From positions 11,428,463 to 11,492,462 of the forward strand of contig OZ037770.1 in assembly GCA_964035545.1 (NCBI GenBank): a DNA stretch of 64,000 bases. The letters run 5' to 3'. Positions within the stretch are counted from its first letter, which is position 1, and each line of letters begins with the position of its first letter. The stretch is from Bugula neritina. Taxonomy: Eukaryota; Animalia; Bryozoa. This document shows, one piece after another, positions 24,515-36,900 of this stretch. Made by a program: the position numbers and the translations under genes. The notes beneath the pieces are model-generated. The model saw only the letters and a program-made list of their open reading frames with translations, did no database searches and was not told where the DNA came from.

Positions 24515-27500
24515 ATGGCTGCAGCAGAAGAAGTTGAGTGTGGATTCTGTTTACTAAAAGAAGGTTTAGAGAATCCCAAGTGTCTACCATGTGGTCATGT
24601 ACACTGTTTACTGTGTCTTACCCGTAATGTTGATGTGAATGACATGATCAGGTGTCCCTGGTGTAGGTAAGTTAGTTTTGTATAGGCAGAGCTGAGACAT
24701 ACTGTTGGTAAAGAGTTAATGATTTACATCAGATGTTTTATCTTATACTGAATTTTTACATTACGTTATATATATTTTAGATTATTACTAATTAATTATG
24801 TGTCTTGTCTCAGGGAAGTGTTTGATGTGAGAGTGGAAAGTCTTCCATCCGCTGATGTAGAAGACAACTCCGTATCATGTGACGTGTGCACTAAGAAAGG
24901 GCTGAAAAAAGTACCAGCAGTCATATACTGTACTGTGTGCCGTAAACTCTTCTGCAGAAAACATGATGAGGTGATACTTTCATTAAATACTTCTTCAGTT
25001 GATGTTCAACACTGCATACTCTAGCTCAGCCTCTGATTACATACTGTTGTACTTGAATGTTGATTTATAAGAAAGCACTGAGAGATCATGTTTCACTTTT
25101 ATCTGTTTTATCTGCTCTCATGTAAACTGCACATTTATTTTTAGACTTTGTGTTAGTGGGGAATTTTTATGTTCCTATAAATATTTGTAAATGTTTATAT
25201 CATGTATTTGTAAGTTTCTTTTCTTTTCCACTATATGGATAGTTGAGTTATATTTCTCAGTAAATATATATTCTGTTATATACAGTCACATGATGACACC
25301 AATGATGACCACCAGAAGATGACCATCTCGGGCTACAGAATACAAGCCAAGAGACTGGAGAAAAGAGTTTGTCCCAAACACACAGCATATCCCTACTCGC
25401 TGGGATGTAAAGTCTGTGTACAGCTTTTCTGTTTGAAGTGTGCTTCTTCGGGCAACTTGTGTGTTGGAGGTAAGAAAGTTCTGCTGAAGGTTAATTGGTA
25501 TTTAGTTTAGTATATCTAATAAACTATATAACCTCTTCAGTGCGGGAGAAGTGGGTGCAGTGATGGAGAAATTGAAAATAGCCTGTGTTCTAGATTAGAA
25601 ATGTATCAAGAGAAGTTACGCTCTAGCGAGAATTTCAACCCGCACCCCAAACCAAAGTTTAGCAGCAAAATTAAAGAGCTTAGGTTGTCTCAATTTCTCT
25701 TCTACTAAATGGTGTGCAAGCAGCTGTGGTGGTTAGAGCACTGATATTAGTTTGAATCTCAGAAATAGTCAGTGGTTGAATTCCGAAGGTTATGATGTCA
25801 GGAATTGCTTCCCTGTACTTAGCCTACTTTAAACATATATTTTACGAGGGGTTCTCACACCTCTGAAACCTACATATTTCATTTGGGGCTCTCACACTAA
25901 TGGCAACTATAAAGTCATGTGAATTTCATGACCTCTTCAGTAAATCTATGATTAGATAAGAATAGATAGACAGTAGAGTTTAAGTAGAAGTGCTATGAAG
26001 TGATAGGCTTTATTGTTACTTTGAGATCTATTATCTTCTCATAACCTGTACATCTTGTCGGAAACTTGCCATTTCTATAACTCATTACATTTCTACTGTA
26101 GTCAGTGTTGTTTCAAATGTTGACTGCTTAAACAAAGAATTCAATGACATATTAAACTTTATCCAGTGAGAAGAAATGAAAAGAACTGTTTCTATATATA
26201 ATATTAGTTTGTTGTTTATCCAGTAGTCATAGCATACCATATGGTGATGTTTCAGCTTTTCACCACCTTCTTGTTATGTAGTACTGGCCTTTTAACAGTC
26301 TAACTATTAAGTTATATTACTGTAGTGCTATCAGGTTAGTGAAATGTGGGCTATTTTTCATTTACTCTCATTTCAATTTTAGACTCTAAACATGACATGG
26401 TTAATCTAGATGACTTAATCAAAGAGCTTATCAATATAGATGATCTTCTTACCACTGAAGACAAGATGTCTGCTTTCTTCAAACACCTTTCTAAAACTGT
26501 GTCAGACTTTGATAATGAGACGGAGGAATTGCTGAATATTCTTCATACACAGCGTGATGAACAGGTTCTGTGTTTATAGAAAATACTTTGTGTTACTCTG
26601 TAATCTACATTCTGTAGTCAGGTGTTAGTAAAACACTGCAATACTAATACTTAAGAGTAACAGCTAGGTAACTAGCTACTATGCTGTGTGAATTAAAACT
26701 CTATACTTGGTTGAAATACGTGATTTTTAAACTCAATCTTTTATGGAATGTTTTCTCTAATGTGTTGTCCATTTTTTACAATGTGCTGATACAATGTATG
26801 ATGTAGTTGACTGAAGTGAGACTGAAGTATGAGAAACTGGAGAAAGAATTCTTAGCTAGTAGAAAGAAGACTAAAGAGGAACTGAACAGATACATGGAGA
26901 GAGAAGTTGGAACTGTTTTGTCTCAACTGAGTAACAGTAGAATGAAGATAGACGCTCAACTTAGACAAAACCATCAGGTGAGCAGTGTTCACCATCTGTT
27001 TATATTTAGAATATATTTAGAATATATTTAGAATATTGTTTTTATAGGTCTTTAAGAATGGCTATCGTGTGGCCCTATGCTAAGTTTATCTTTTTCGTTT
27101 ATTTCTGTTTCAGCTGTCCTACGATATTGAAAAATAAAATGAAAATAAAAGAATTTATACAAGTTATTATTTTACATTTGCAGCAATTTTCTTCACACCA
27201 GTCTTGATTATTTACTTCTTTTACAGCTTTATGGTTTTATGCAAAAGTGTAAACAATCTGCAAGCTATGACATCATATCTGTATAGCTATGACATCACAT
27301 ATGTATAGCTATGACATCATAGCTGTATAGTTATGACATCATAGCGGTATAGTAATGATGTCATAGCTGTATAGTTATGACATCATAGCGGTATAGTTAT
27401 GACATCAGATCTGTATAGTGATGATATCATATCATTTAGTTATGACATCATAGCTGTATAGTTATGGCATCATAGCTGTATAGTTATGACATCATGATTA

Positions 27501-29541
27501 TACAAATTAGTTAGACCAAGTAAAGTTGTAGTGATTAAAACCAGACCTAAAGAAAGACTTGAATTTGTTAATATCACAATTTCCACCTCCAGATTTTACC
27601 TTACAACTACACCTAGAAATAGATTACTATGTATAGTTTATATTAGTATTTGTTTGTCACCAGATTTCTGTTCCGTGTGCACCATATGTATTGTAATTAA
27701 GTGAAATTATCTCCACATAACTCTGTATGCTGATATTTGTTATATACTGTAGGTGGATCTGGTTGAAGGATTTGCAGAGATTAAAGAGAGAATACAGAGA
27801 CTGATATCTGTTGAGATACCTAAACTAGAGCTGTGTAATGTCATGTCTCTAGAGGTCAAAGGTTAGTATACCAAACTAGAGCCTTGTGATGTCATGTCTC
27901 TAAAGGTCATTAATATTTGGCATTTTATTTGAAAAGTAACCTCATGTGTGTGAAACTATTGGTTTGAAAATTTTAGTTTCTGTTGAAATAGCCCTGTGTC
28001 TAGGTTTACTCAGAGTTTCTATTAATAGAATTTATTCACATACTTACTTTTATATGACATACATATTATATATACAGAATCACCTATATATAAGTATACA
28101 CACATATTCACATGTATATTGTAGAAGAGAAGAGAGACATGGAAGTAGACTTGGTTCCTGCAGCAGACATGATTACTAGTTTAGATCTTCCTAAATCTCT
28201 CAAACTCTTACAGTTTGTTGATGTTTCTAGTTACTGTAGTTCTGTCTGTAAACATGAGGGCAACACTTATGTAGGGCTGAGTAGTGGTGCAGGGATAGAC
28301 AGAATAGATGAGAGTTTCAGTGTTTTCAAGTATTTTATTTCTCTTACCAACTCTGTAGCTGGAGTCACAGTACATAAGAACAAGCTGTATGCTCTAGAGC
28401 TTATCAGCAGCACTAATTGGGAGGTACATGTGTATGATCTTACTGGGAAACAGGTGACCAGCTGGTCTCACCATGATAGTAGTTACGGTGTAAACAAACT
28501 TGTTATTGTTAATGATCAGGTTGTAGTTCCTGATAGACACAGTAAAAGACTTACAACCTACTCTCTTACTGGGGAGGTAATTAAACGTGTCTCCTGCCCT
28601 CTTCTCAGTAGTCTCACTGTAGCAATATGTGCAGCAGACAGACATTGTGTAGTAGTTTCTGACTCTGATTCCTCTCAAGTATTTAAATTAGACTTGACAA
28701 CAGAGAAAGTCATCTGGACATGCAAGGATGTATCTCAACCACTAGGTGTGACATGCTATAGAAGTAAATATATTCTTTTGACTAACTGCAGCAGTAAAAC
28801 CACCATCTGGATACTGGATGTGGAGACAGGTTAGTTTTACATTGGTTAGTTGACTACAGTTCCTAATATATTAGTATTTCTCAAAGTCTTAGTGTAGCGC
28901 CACACGACGCGTTTTTACCTGTTCGTGACGTGCGAGAATACACACTAGTGACCTGCCACACACAGTGTGTATGTTGTGAGTGCAAAAATCTATTAGCCAA
29001 TAATGTCAGCATTAAAGTTTACTGCTTGCCTACAGACATTTGTTTTTAAAATGACGTCATCGGCAAAGTGACTTGATTAAATTAGATATTATAAAAGCGG
29101 AAATGCAAATTATATGAAACTGTTTTAATTCAGTTTGCTAAAAGCTAAAAAGTGAATTGAAATAAAAAAAAATGCTTGCTAAATGATAATAAGCCAGTTA
29201 GATCAAAAACGCACGAGCTTGCCACTGAGCTCGCTCAGCATGCTAGACGCATGAAAATCCCGCTCCTGACGTCCAATTTTCGGGCTGAACGTTATTTCTC
29301 CCACGTCACGCGCGTGTAAAATGCGTCGTGTGGCCCTACACTTACACTATAAATATCCTATGCTAAGTACCAGTGATGACACACTAATACATCATTTCCT
29401 GTTGCAGGTGCACTACTTTCTAAAGTAGAAGATCCAACTGATAGAGATAGGACTTATGTGTATGATCTCCATGTGTATAAAGATACTCTGATTGTACCTA
29501 GATGTAATGAGAAGAAAGTTCTGTTTTACCAGCTGAACTAA
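24515..29541 (+). CDS. TRIM-NHL-like copy 3, about 597 aa
   Basis: Exons 24515-24666, 24814-24970, 25286-25469, 26383-26564, 26807-26977, 27753-27861, 28125-28829, 29408-29541. Same splice sites and phases as copy 1; open frame. Confidence 0.88.
27264..27493 (+). repeat. 22-bp minisatellite, about 10 units, copy 3
   Basis: Same unit. Confidence 0.92.
28892..29341. mobile_element. Same MITE at the paralogous site in copy 3 intron 7
   Basis: Same position, TTA TSD and near-identical sequence to 20905-21354, so inherited by duplication or conversion. Confidence 0.85.
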
Positions 29542-30795
29542 ACAGGTGTGTGACAGGATATTATTCCATCTTGTGGTACATTTATTATATTGTTTATCTC
29601 ACTAGACTCTGTTTGAATACATCTGGTGCTCAACTCTGTGTTTTCTACTAATGTACATATTTGTGATGATATGTCTGAGATGTACAACTTCTACATATAG
29701 ACTGTGCCTGTTATTTCTAGATGATTCTCAAAGTTGACTCGGTAGAATGAGTTCTTCAACACGGAGCTATGATAGAGTGTGGGAAGCTGTATGACGTCCC
29801 AGTAACTAACTTATACACCTAAACCTAACTAATTTCAAGAAATAATTTATTATCACTTGTACCAAACAGCCTTTTCCACACAACCTGCAAGACTTCACGG
29901 TATTAACTGGCCTGTAACTTTATATATCTAACATGATTTGCATTGAATGGTCATGTAGAGATCAATGTGATCCTCATGGTAACTCTAAGTCTAAGTCTAC
30001 ATTTCCTACAGACTGAAATACTATTATATCACAATGTTTACTACTTGCTATCAAATACTAACCACTACTACTGCATTAATTTTACTTTATAGTTTACATA
30101 TTGTTGTGCACAATAGTTACGTGGGTTTTCTAGTGAGTCCAATTAGTGTTAAGTATACGACAATTCAATGTTTACTATCAAATATCAACCACTACTACTG
30201 CGTTAAGTTTACTGTATGGTTTATATGCTAGTTTCAATTCACTGTATTTGTATGTCAAGTTTTTATTTTATATAATGCATTCTATAACCTGTTTGATATT
30301 GTGTGATCATCTCATCATTTGATTGGCTGTCATAGAATATAATAGTCAAAGTGATTAATTATTTCAGTATATTCTATAAACAATGAATAAATTAGAGTGA
30401 CTATGGTTACTAATGGCAACATATTTTACTATAGATAACATCAGCATGTCTTATTCCAGTAAGATAGTTTACAGCATTTCTACTCTGTGTAGAGTATAAC
30501 AATAGCAATGCTGTAGTTACTTGTAGATGCAGAGTTGTAGATTCTTACTTAAGTTACAACTTGGGTTATTAGAAAGGTTTTTGAAAAATTACATGCCATG
30601 CCATGGCATCCTGGTTAGTAGATTGTATTGTGCAGCACAAAGTTTGGGGTCACTGAGTGCAATGGCTGGGGACTTCTCAAGTTTGGATATGAACTTTGGG
30701 TGATGATGAGCACTGAACAATGGACTTGGTGACCTTGAACTTTGACTGCATGATTGTTGTTTCACAGGAAGTTTTTAAAAAGTTACATGTGATAG

Positions 30796-31148
30796 TGTAG
30801 TGAGTAGTGCAAAGTACAAATACGGGAATCGCCCTCTCTCTACTCTTGGAATACTTAGACCCTTATGTAGCAACCAATTAGCAGCTCCGGAAAATATGCT
30901 TCCGATTCACGTGACACTTCCCGGGTTATTAACATTATATCACGTTGTTGTAAGCGGAGGCTTGAAGTAGTAACATGTGTTAGTAGTTGACTGATGTATA
31001 GGATAATTTGATGTGATGTTTGTTTCATGCTTTATTGTGGATAATAAATATAATTACTCGACAGCTACCCTAGTAATTGCTAGCAGAATAACCAGCTAAC
31101 TATACGCAAGTAAATAACTCACGCTCAGTAATTGCACAAATTACTACA
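30796..31148 (+). mobile_element. Solo LTR, family A (353 bp)
   Basis: TG...CA termini, ATAG TSD, internal AATAAA. Confidence 0.8.
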
Positions 31149-32072
31149 ATAGCACTGATTGATGCAGTACAACGTTTGGGGTCGCTGAGTTCTTTAGCAC
31201 CCAGGACTGGCACTTAGGCCATCGTGTGTACTGTTTCTTACATGCATTTCAAATAATTACTATTATATTACTACAGCAGATATCGTAGCTACAATAAATC
31301 ATGACACATTTTTTATTATCCATATAATTAAACCTAATTAGCCAAATAAATGATAGACCAAGACCATTTTCATCACAAAATTATTAGTGTTTTCAAGGTT
31401 GGAAAAATTGAGTATTCTTACGAAGATAAAGGGCATGGTAACATACACAACATAGTTTGTTGGTCTTTAAACTGTAGATCTAAATGCCAGACCACAATAT
31501 AATACTACATCTACATTAGTTTGAATACAACTTTATAGCTTATATGCATATAACATATTGAATGACTAAATTCCACACCCATTTCCATATATCCATCCAT
31601 ATTCCAATTAATATTATTCTTCCCAATAATTGCGGAGTAATTCATCTACAGATCGAATACTTTAAAGTTTAAAACCTAGTTTACACTTATAAACAGTATA
31701 ACAGAAGAGTCACTATACAAGAAATAGTTGTAGTCTGTATTGATTAGTAAGGTCATAGCTGCTCCACTGCTAGTACAAACAGAAACTGCACTCAAACCCA
31801 AAGATGCCAACATGGTGAGAGCTCCCTTTGTTTTAAAGGCTGTCATATGGATATCTACTGTATAAAGCATAAAAGTGAGATTCATAAAATGATGGGCAAA
31901 CTACTTAATGGCATATGAAGCATCCAGCACATTATAATATACAATGCTCCCTCTGTATCTCACTAAACTCTAAAACCTCAAACTGTGATATCTTAGAATA
32001 TGTCAGGTTTCGTTAAAATTGATCATTTGGTCTCTATGCACATGTACATCAGCCAAAAAAACAGGGCCCCAG

Positions 32073-32494
32073 TGTAGTGAACTTTTCTGTATAATAATTT
32101 AGAGTTGTCTTTCCAACTTTCTATTGTATATAATAACTTTTGTGCAATCATGTAAGCTGATTTCGGCTGAGAATCGGAGGTGTGAGGATGTCGGGATCGC
32201 CGACTGGGTTCGCGACATGCGATCGGACAAGTCGTAATTTGACATCTTCTCGGTGACCCCGATTTTCGGACGCGATCGGCAGAAGTTTCTCGAAGGGATT
32301 TTTATCCAGTATATAAGGAGGCGAGCTCACAGAGTAGATCAGCCTACCACTGAAACTCACAGGATACAGCCAAACACACAGATACTCTTATACCTTGCAA
32401 TAAAGATTAGTCTACTCAACTTGGACAACCTTGTTTCTTATATTACGGAGTTATGCTCCCCACCTAATTGCGTTCTACCCACAACACTACTATA
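32073..32494 (+). mobile_element. Solo LTR, family B
   Basis: TGTAGT start, TATAAGG and CAATAAAGATTA motifs (the latter shared with the full Gypsy LTR). Absent from paralogous sites near 12420 and 50415. TSD degenerate. Confidence 0.65.
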
Positions 32495-32684
32495 TAAGCT
32501 GCTTTCGTGACCTACAGAAACTCGTGAGAAAGGGGTCCTTAAGATACAGGGAACACTGTATCTAATATTAATTGCGCCAGGTTTTGTTTGGAAAGATAAC
32601 TCTGAAGGAGGTACCCGATACGTAAATGTAGCTGCAACGCTCATCAATAGTGTTATTATTTTGGATTTACTGCATGCGTTATGA

Positions 32685-32694
32685 GGGAATTCCC
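32685..32694. promoter_or_regulatory. NF-kB-type site upstream of copy 4
   Basis: GGGAATTCCC at the paralogous position. Confidence 0.55.
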
Positions 32695-33953
32695 CCAGTC
32701 CAGGGTAAGTTTTCTTTTAATCTCGCGTCTGCGCAGAAAGCTCTAACACTAAAAATATCTGTTACTGGTTACTAAGTTACTAAAGTCTTCCGCGTCGAGG
32801 TGAAGTTTGTCTCATTAATTGTTTACCGGCAGCAATAGCTGTAACTCTGTAAGAGTTAGCAAACTTGAAAGTGATATTCACTGTTATAAATTTTCAATTT
32901 TAAAGTCAACTTATTATAATTTTATCATCTGTAGTTTCATCAAAGTTTCGGTTACACAGTTATACTGATAGTCATACAGATAGTGATACTCATACTCATA
33001 CTGTTTCACTCAATCTCACTCTGATTCACTTTACTCATAGTCAGTGACAGTCACACTGACACTCATTCACAGTACCACACTTAGTCTTGCTATGACAGCA
33101 AATGATCTAGTGTCAGTCACCGTGCCACATAGTTTTGAAAATTACAATGATTATGATAGCATTTTTAATCAGCAAGATACTTGTGAATTAGTTACTATTG
33201 CTCAGTCTCATGATCATCTTCATTTTGAGTTTTTACTTCACGTGCTCATGATGATGATGATCATAGTCATACTCGTAATGATATTGAAGTTTAAATTATC
33301 AAATGATAAAAATTAAAATATTAGTAAAGCATATGTTTTGAAATTGAATAAAACTGCTCAACAGAACTTATTTAACTTACAGGGCCTCTGCTGTAGACCG
33401 TAGAGGTAGATGCAGTAACAGAAGCATTAGAAACTACATATATTTATAACTATTTAAAATAGAAAAATTCCAACTTTTCCACATTGTATTGAATGTCAAT
33501 AAAATGTATCATTTCTTGGGATATTGAGTGAATTGCAAGGAAAACCTAATTCAAGGACCTTCATAATTTCTTTGGCTAGAAGTCGGGTTTCTTTGAATAA
33601 TTTTAAAAAATTGCTCTTGTTACTAATTGATTTATTATGTAATTGCTCTGGACCATTGTCTGCAGTACACAAGTGTGTATTTACATCATGGTATTACAAT
33701 ATATAGTTTATTATACAGCAAGGGTTCATTATTGAAAAGATCGTTTTTAAGTTTTAGAGAGTGCTTGAAATACATTATATCAGCACTGCAGTTTTATAGT
33801 TGAGTTACATTCTACATTCTTTAAAGATAGTAAGTAGTGAGTCAGAAGAAACGCAGAAATAAACTATTAAATTCTCTCATTACAGTGAACTACATGGGAT
33901 CTGAATACACTTTATAATATGTTCTCCTGTTTTATAATATAGAGTTGAGTGAA

Positions 33954-36900
33954 ATGGCTGCAGCAAAAGAAGTTGAGTGTGGATTCTGTTTACTAAAAGA
34001 AAGTTTAGAGAATCCCAAATGTCTACCGTGTGGTCATGTACACTGTTTACTATGTCTTACTCGTAATGTTGATGTGAATGACATGATCAGGTGTCCCTGG
34101 TGTAGGTAAGTTAGTTTTGTATAGGCAGAACTGAGGCATGCTGTTAGTGAAGAGTTCACGATTTACGTCATATGTCTTAACTTATACTAAATTATTGTAT
34201 TCTATTATATATAGCTTGAACTATTGCTAAATGATCATGTGTCTTGTCATAGAGAAGTGTTTGATGTGAGAGTGGAGAATCTTCCATCTGCTGATGTAGC
34301 AGACAACTCCGTATCATGTGACGTCTGCACTAAAAAGGGGATGAAAAAAGTACCAGCAGTCATATACTGTACTGTGTGCCGTAAACTCTTCTGCAGAAAA
34401 CATGATGAGGTGATACTTTCATTAAATACTTCTTCAGTTGATATTCAACACTGCATACTCTAACTCAGCCTCTGATTACATACTGTTTTACTTGAATGTT
34501 GATTCATAAGAAAACACTGAGAGATCATGTTTCACTTTTATCTGTTTTATCTGCTCTCATGCAAACTGCACATTTATTTTTAGACTTTGTGTTGGTGAGA
34601 ATTTGTATGCTCCTATAAATTTTTGTAAATGTTTATATCATGTATTTGTAAGTTTCGTTTCTTTTCCACTATATGGATAGTTGAGTTATATTTCTCAGTA
34701 AATATATATTCTGTTATATTCAGTCACATGATGACACCAATGATGACCACCAGAAGATGACCATATCTGACTACAGAATACAAGCCAAGAGACTGGAGAG
34801 AAGAGTTTGTCCCAAACACACAGCATATCCCTACATACACGGGTGTAAAGTCTGTTTACAGCTGTTCTGTTTAAAGTGTGTCTCTTCAGGCAACTTGTGT
34901 GTTGGAGGTAAGAAAATTCTGCTGCAGTTATCTGCTAAAGTTTAGTAAATTTAACAAACAACAAGACCTCCTTCGTAGGAGAGCAACACTAGTGTAGTCG
35001 TTAGAGCACTGGTCAATGGTTTGGAGTCCTAGTGAAGGTCATTGGTGATGCTAGGAAGAGCGTTTAGTCATAACTATTTAATTGTCACAATAGAAAACAA
35101 TACTTTAACCTACTTCCATCAGATGTTTGTTTGTTTGTTTTCATCAATATATATACATACATAAAGTAAAAAAAAATACAAGGGATCACCCAAAGGAGGT
35201 AATGATGAGGCCCAATAGTGCGCCATAGCAGAGGTTAGTCAAAGCCAGAGCCTGAATTGATTAACAATTAGTCAGTTAAGCCAGTCAAGTTATGTGAATT
35301 AAGTTAAGTCGGTTAAGTAAGTCAGTAAAGTAAATCAGTTAAGTTAAGTCATAGCTCTCCGGCAAAAACGCAAAAACTCACACTCGCCCTGAATGCACCG
35401 TGATCAGACTGGTTTTTAAGCTCAGGTTTTAACCTGTTCCCTAGCACTGACTCCCGATAACATGTACTTCTTTGACCTGCAATGGTAGAGAAAAAAGGAA
35501 CGGGAAGATTTGATATTGAGAAGCGTGTACTGTAGGAGTGAACAATTAAACTTTTGTTAGTGCTAGAGTAGTAAAATTTATGGGCTTTTTGCAAAATTTT
35601 CAGCTTATATAAATTTTCTATTTGAAGAATGCTAGCTTTTTTTTTAAAGAGAGGGGCTGTGTGATGCAAAATTTTTTTTAAAAAATATACTGCAAAATTT
35701 TTTTTGCAGTATATTTTTAAAAAAGATTTTTTGCATCACACAGCCCCTCTCACAGGAGTGGCTGTTATAAACCATTTGAGTTTTATGACCCCCTCAGTAG
35801 ATCTGAGATTAAATTAAATTAAATCAATGGTAGAGTTTGAGTCAATGTGATATTAAACGATCTGTTTTATTATTGCTTTTAGAATTATTATGCTTTCATA
35901 GCTTTTTGTTATGTCATTGAGGAATTAAAATAACCTTACCTATGTGATAACTCTATCCAGCAGGCTGTAATGCAAAAAATTGTTTCTGTATATAATATTA
36001 GTTTGTTGTTCATCCAGTAGTCTTAGCATGTAGTGATATTTCAACTTCTCACTACCTTCTTGTTATGTAGTACTGGTTACTTGACTGTCTAACTACTGTG
36101 AGGTTATATTACTGTAGTGCTATCAGGTTAGCGAAATGTGGGCTTTTTTCATTTACTTTCATTTAAATTCTAGATTCTAAACACGACATCGTTAATCTAG
36201 ATGATTTAATCAAAGAGCTTATCGATATAGATGATCTTCTCACCACTGAAGACAAGATGTCTGCTTTCTTCAAACACCTTTCTAAAACTGTGTCAGACTT
36301 TGATAATGAGACAGAGGAATTGCTGAATATTCTTCATACACAGCGTGATGAACAGGTTCTGTGTTTATAGAAATACTTTCTGTTACTCTGTAATCTACAT
36401 TCTGTAGTCAGGTGTTAGTAAAACATTACAATACTAATACTTAAGAGTAACAGCTAGCTAACTAGTTACTATTCTGTGTTTATTAAGGCACTATTTTGAC
36501 TTTAGAATTTAGAAATGTTATGCGGAAGATATGTGCAGTTTTTTAACTCAGTTTTGGAAAAAAATTTTCTAATAAGTTGTCAATATTCTACAATGTGATG
36601 ATACAATGTATGATGTAGTTGACTGAAGTGAGACTGAAGTATGAGAAACTGGAGATGGAATTCTTAGCTAGTAGAAAGAAGACTAAAGAGGAGCTGAACC
36701 GATACATGGAAAGAGAAGTTGAAACTGTTTTGTCTCAACTGAGTAACAGTAGAATGAAGATAGAAGCTCAACTTCGACAAAACCATCAGGTGAGCAGTGT
36801 TTATGAAATATATTTATAATAGTGTGGTAAATTTATGTTGTGTGTGTGTGTCCTTTGTTGCCGAGATCGGTACTTCGGTCCTCCGAAACACCGATATGCC

